From NCBI GenBank assembly GCA_049999805.1, contig JBNGIO010005967.1, forward strand, positions 1 to 50,361: 50,361 nt of DNA, written 5' to 3'. Both the position numbers and the translations under genes were made by a program. This document shows, in pieces, positions 48,805-50,361 of the stretch. How positions within the stretch are numbered: position 1 is the stretch's first letter; the number at the start of each line of letters is the position of its first letter. The notes beneath the pieces are model-generated. The model saw nothing but the letters and a program-made list of their open reading frames with translations. It was not told the DNA's origin and made no database searches. The stretch comes from Folioceros fuciformis (Eukaryota).

Positions 48805-50361
48805 TCATGCACTCAAACGGTTTAACGAGCTATGTTCTGCAAGCCAGCGCTTCTCCAGACCTGAAGGCTGTGTAGAGAATCTGAAGTTCTCAGAAACCTT
48901 CCTCGTGCACACCCATTTCCAGAGTTGTGGTTGCGAGCTTACACAACTCATGTTCCCTTTCCTCATCTGAGATGCTTGCGTGTAACGAGTCCAGATCGGG
49001 TCAGATTCTTGTTCTATCAGTTTGCCGAGTATGTCATTCAGCCTTGCTCGACCCTTGAGATATTCTTTCTCTCTAGCCGAGAAGATGTGCACAAGTCTGT
49101 CCATGTCTGTCCACCAGCTCCGACCAGGCTGTTTCCATGCCTTCATTCTGATTCTCCTGGCCTGCATGCCGTGAGCTTCCTCCCACATCTGGGCCCCGCT
49201 GTAGATGTGTGACATCAACAGATACGCTGCAGCATCTCTCTCGTCCAGCCTCACAGCTTGCTCAAAAGCATGCCGTCCCACCTCCACGTTGCCCCACTTC
49301 CGACAAGCACCCAACAGTGTGTACCAAACTCCAGAATCAGGAAGGCACGGCATTGCGATTATGAAAGCTAGAGCGTCATCCGGTCGGCCTGCCCGGCCCA
49401 AGAGATCCACCATGCATGTGTAGTGCTGCACTGTGGGTGTGATGCCGTAGTCTCTGCTCATGGACTCGAAGTACTCTTGCCCCTTTGTCACCAAGCCCGC
49501 ATGACTGCAGACCGTCAGTATGGAAACGAAAGTGATTCCATCGGGACATATGCCGTCCTGTCTCATTTTGAGCAACAAGTCAAAGACCTGTTCACTTTCT
49601 CCTTGGTGGCTGTATATTGCAAGCAGTGCATTCCAGGCAGCGACGTTTCTGTTGGGCAATCGCTCAAACACCTGCTGTGCACCAAGTGTGCTCCCAGACT
49701 CCCCATACATACTTATCAAGCTACAGGCTACAAACACATCTGTTTGAAGATCCAGTTCCTCAATTTGAGCATGTAGCTGCCTTCCTACGTGCAAATCTGC
49801 CACATCTGCGCATGCCTTTAGGAGGAATGCAAATGTGACAGAATTGGGTACACCGACGCCTTCTTCTCGCATAGCGGAGTAGAGACGAAGGGCTTCCTGG
49901 CCCATGCCATGCTTTGAGTACCCTGCTATCATGGCACTCCACGTCACCGCATCCTTTAGACGAAGCCCATCAAACACTATCTGAGCATCTTGTAGGCTGC
50001 CACACTTTGCATACATGTCTACCAAACTACTGGTTAAAAATGCATCCGCTTGAGGTCCTAGTAACTCAATCTGAGCATGAATCTCCTTTCCCTTATCCAA
50101 AGCTGGGCTTCCGACAATTGCACAAGCCTGTAAGAGGCACACAAGCGTCACGGAACTGGCTAAGGCCATGCCTTCTACTTGCATAGCAGAATAAAGGCTA
50201 AGGGCTTCCTGGCCCATGCCCTGCTGGCAATATCCTGATATCATGGCATTCCACGAGACCACATCTTTTTGACGGAGTCCATCAAAGACTTTCTTGCCAT
50301 CTTCCAAACCGCCGCACTTTGCATACATATTCACCAGACTGTTAGCTAGAAACACATCAGC
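48805..50361 (-). CDS. PLS-class PPR protein with E1/E2 motifs and a WW-type PG box followed by a broken DYW domain; 5' end lies outside the window
   Basis: Repeated SLVxMYAKCG / DVVSWNAMI motifs, HYTCMVDLLGRAG, WYTLLGACRKWGN and WKQPGRSWWTD. Confidence 0.93.
   Translation of the reverse strand, partial: ADVFLANSLVNMYAKCGGLEDGKKVFDGLRQKDVVSWNAMISGYCQQGMGQEALSLYSAMQVEGMALASSVTLVCLLQACAIVGSPALDKGKEIHAQIELLGPQADAFLTSSLVDMYAKCGSLQDAQIVFDGLRLKDAVTWSAMIAGYSKHGMGQEALRLYSAMREEGVGVPNSVTFAFLLKACADVADLHVGRQLHAQIEELDLQTDVFVACSLISMYGESGSTLGAQQVFERLPNRNVAAWNALLAIYSHQGESEQVFDLLLKMRQDGICPDGITFVSILTVCSHAGLVTKGQEYFESMSRDYGITPTVQHYTCMVDLLGRAGRPDDALAFIIAMPCLPDSGVWYTLLGACRKWGNVEVGRHAFEQAVRLDERDAAAYLLMSHIYSGAQMWEEAHGMQARRIRMKAWKQPGRSWWTDMDRLVHIFSAREKEYLKGRARLNDILGKLIEQESDPIWTRYTQASQMRKGNMSCVSSQPQLWKWVCTRKVSENFRFSTQPSGLEKRWLAEHSSLNRLSA

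Noticed and set aside
23365..50361. OCP3 and the PPR gene as an RNA-editing gene cluster
   Set aside because: They are 24 kb apart with unrelated genes between them, and PPR genes are abundant, so co-location is expected by chance.

Overview
Gene-dense nuclear DNA from a land plant with a compact genome (GT-AG introns mostly about 80-200 nt, four 100-N scaffold gaps plus one more at 34722). A WW-type PPR editing factor and a possible ciliary-protein homologue suggest a seed-free plant such as a hornwort (inference). The first ~6 kb is a block of minisatellite arrays. The genes that follow are: a CYP72-clan P450, a divergent GAUT8-like copy, SF3A3, an intronless ribophorin I, P5CR, a DUF962/Mpo1-like gene, an OCP3-like homeobox gene, MBP2C, an AT-rich spliced gene that the ORF track only shows in fragments, a canonical GAUT8, a Cys-rich + UBA-like protein, eIF5, a Harbinger transposase remnant, QPT and a PLS-E PPR gene that runs off the window. 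Highlights: poor-context uAUGs in the eIF5 leader; a frameshifted DYW remnant lacking the HxE motif; the hidden gene with an MNS1/FAP127-like motif; a candidate transit peptide on P5CR; and a candidate poison exon in SF3A3. All exon models were read by eye from splice signals and reading-frame continuity, and no database searches were run.
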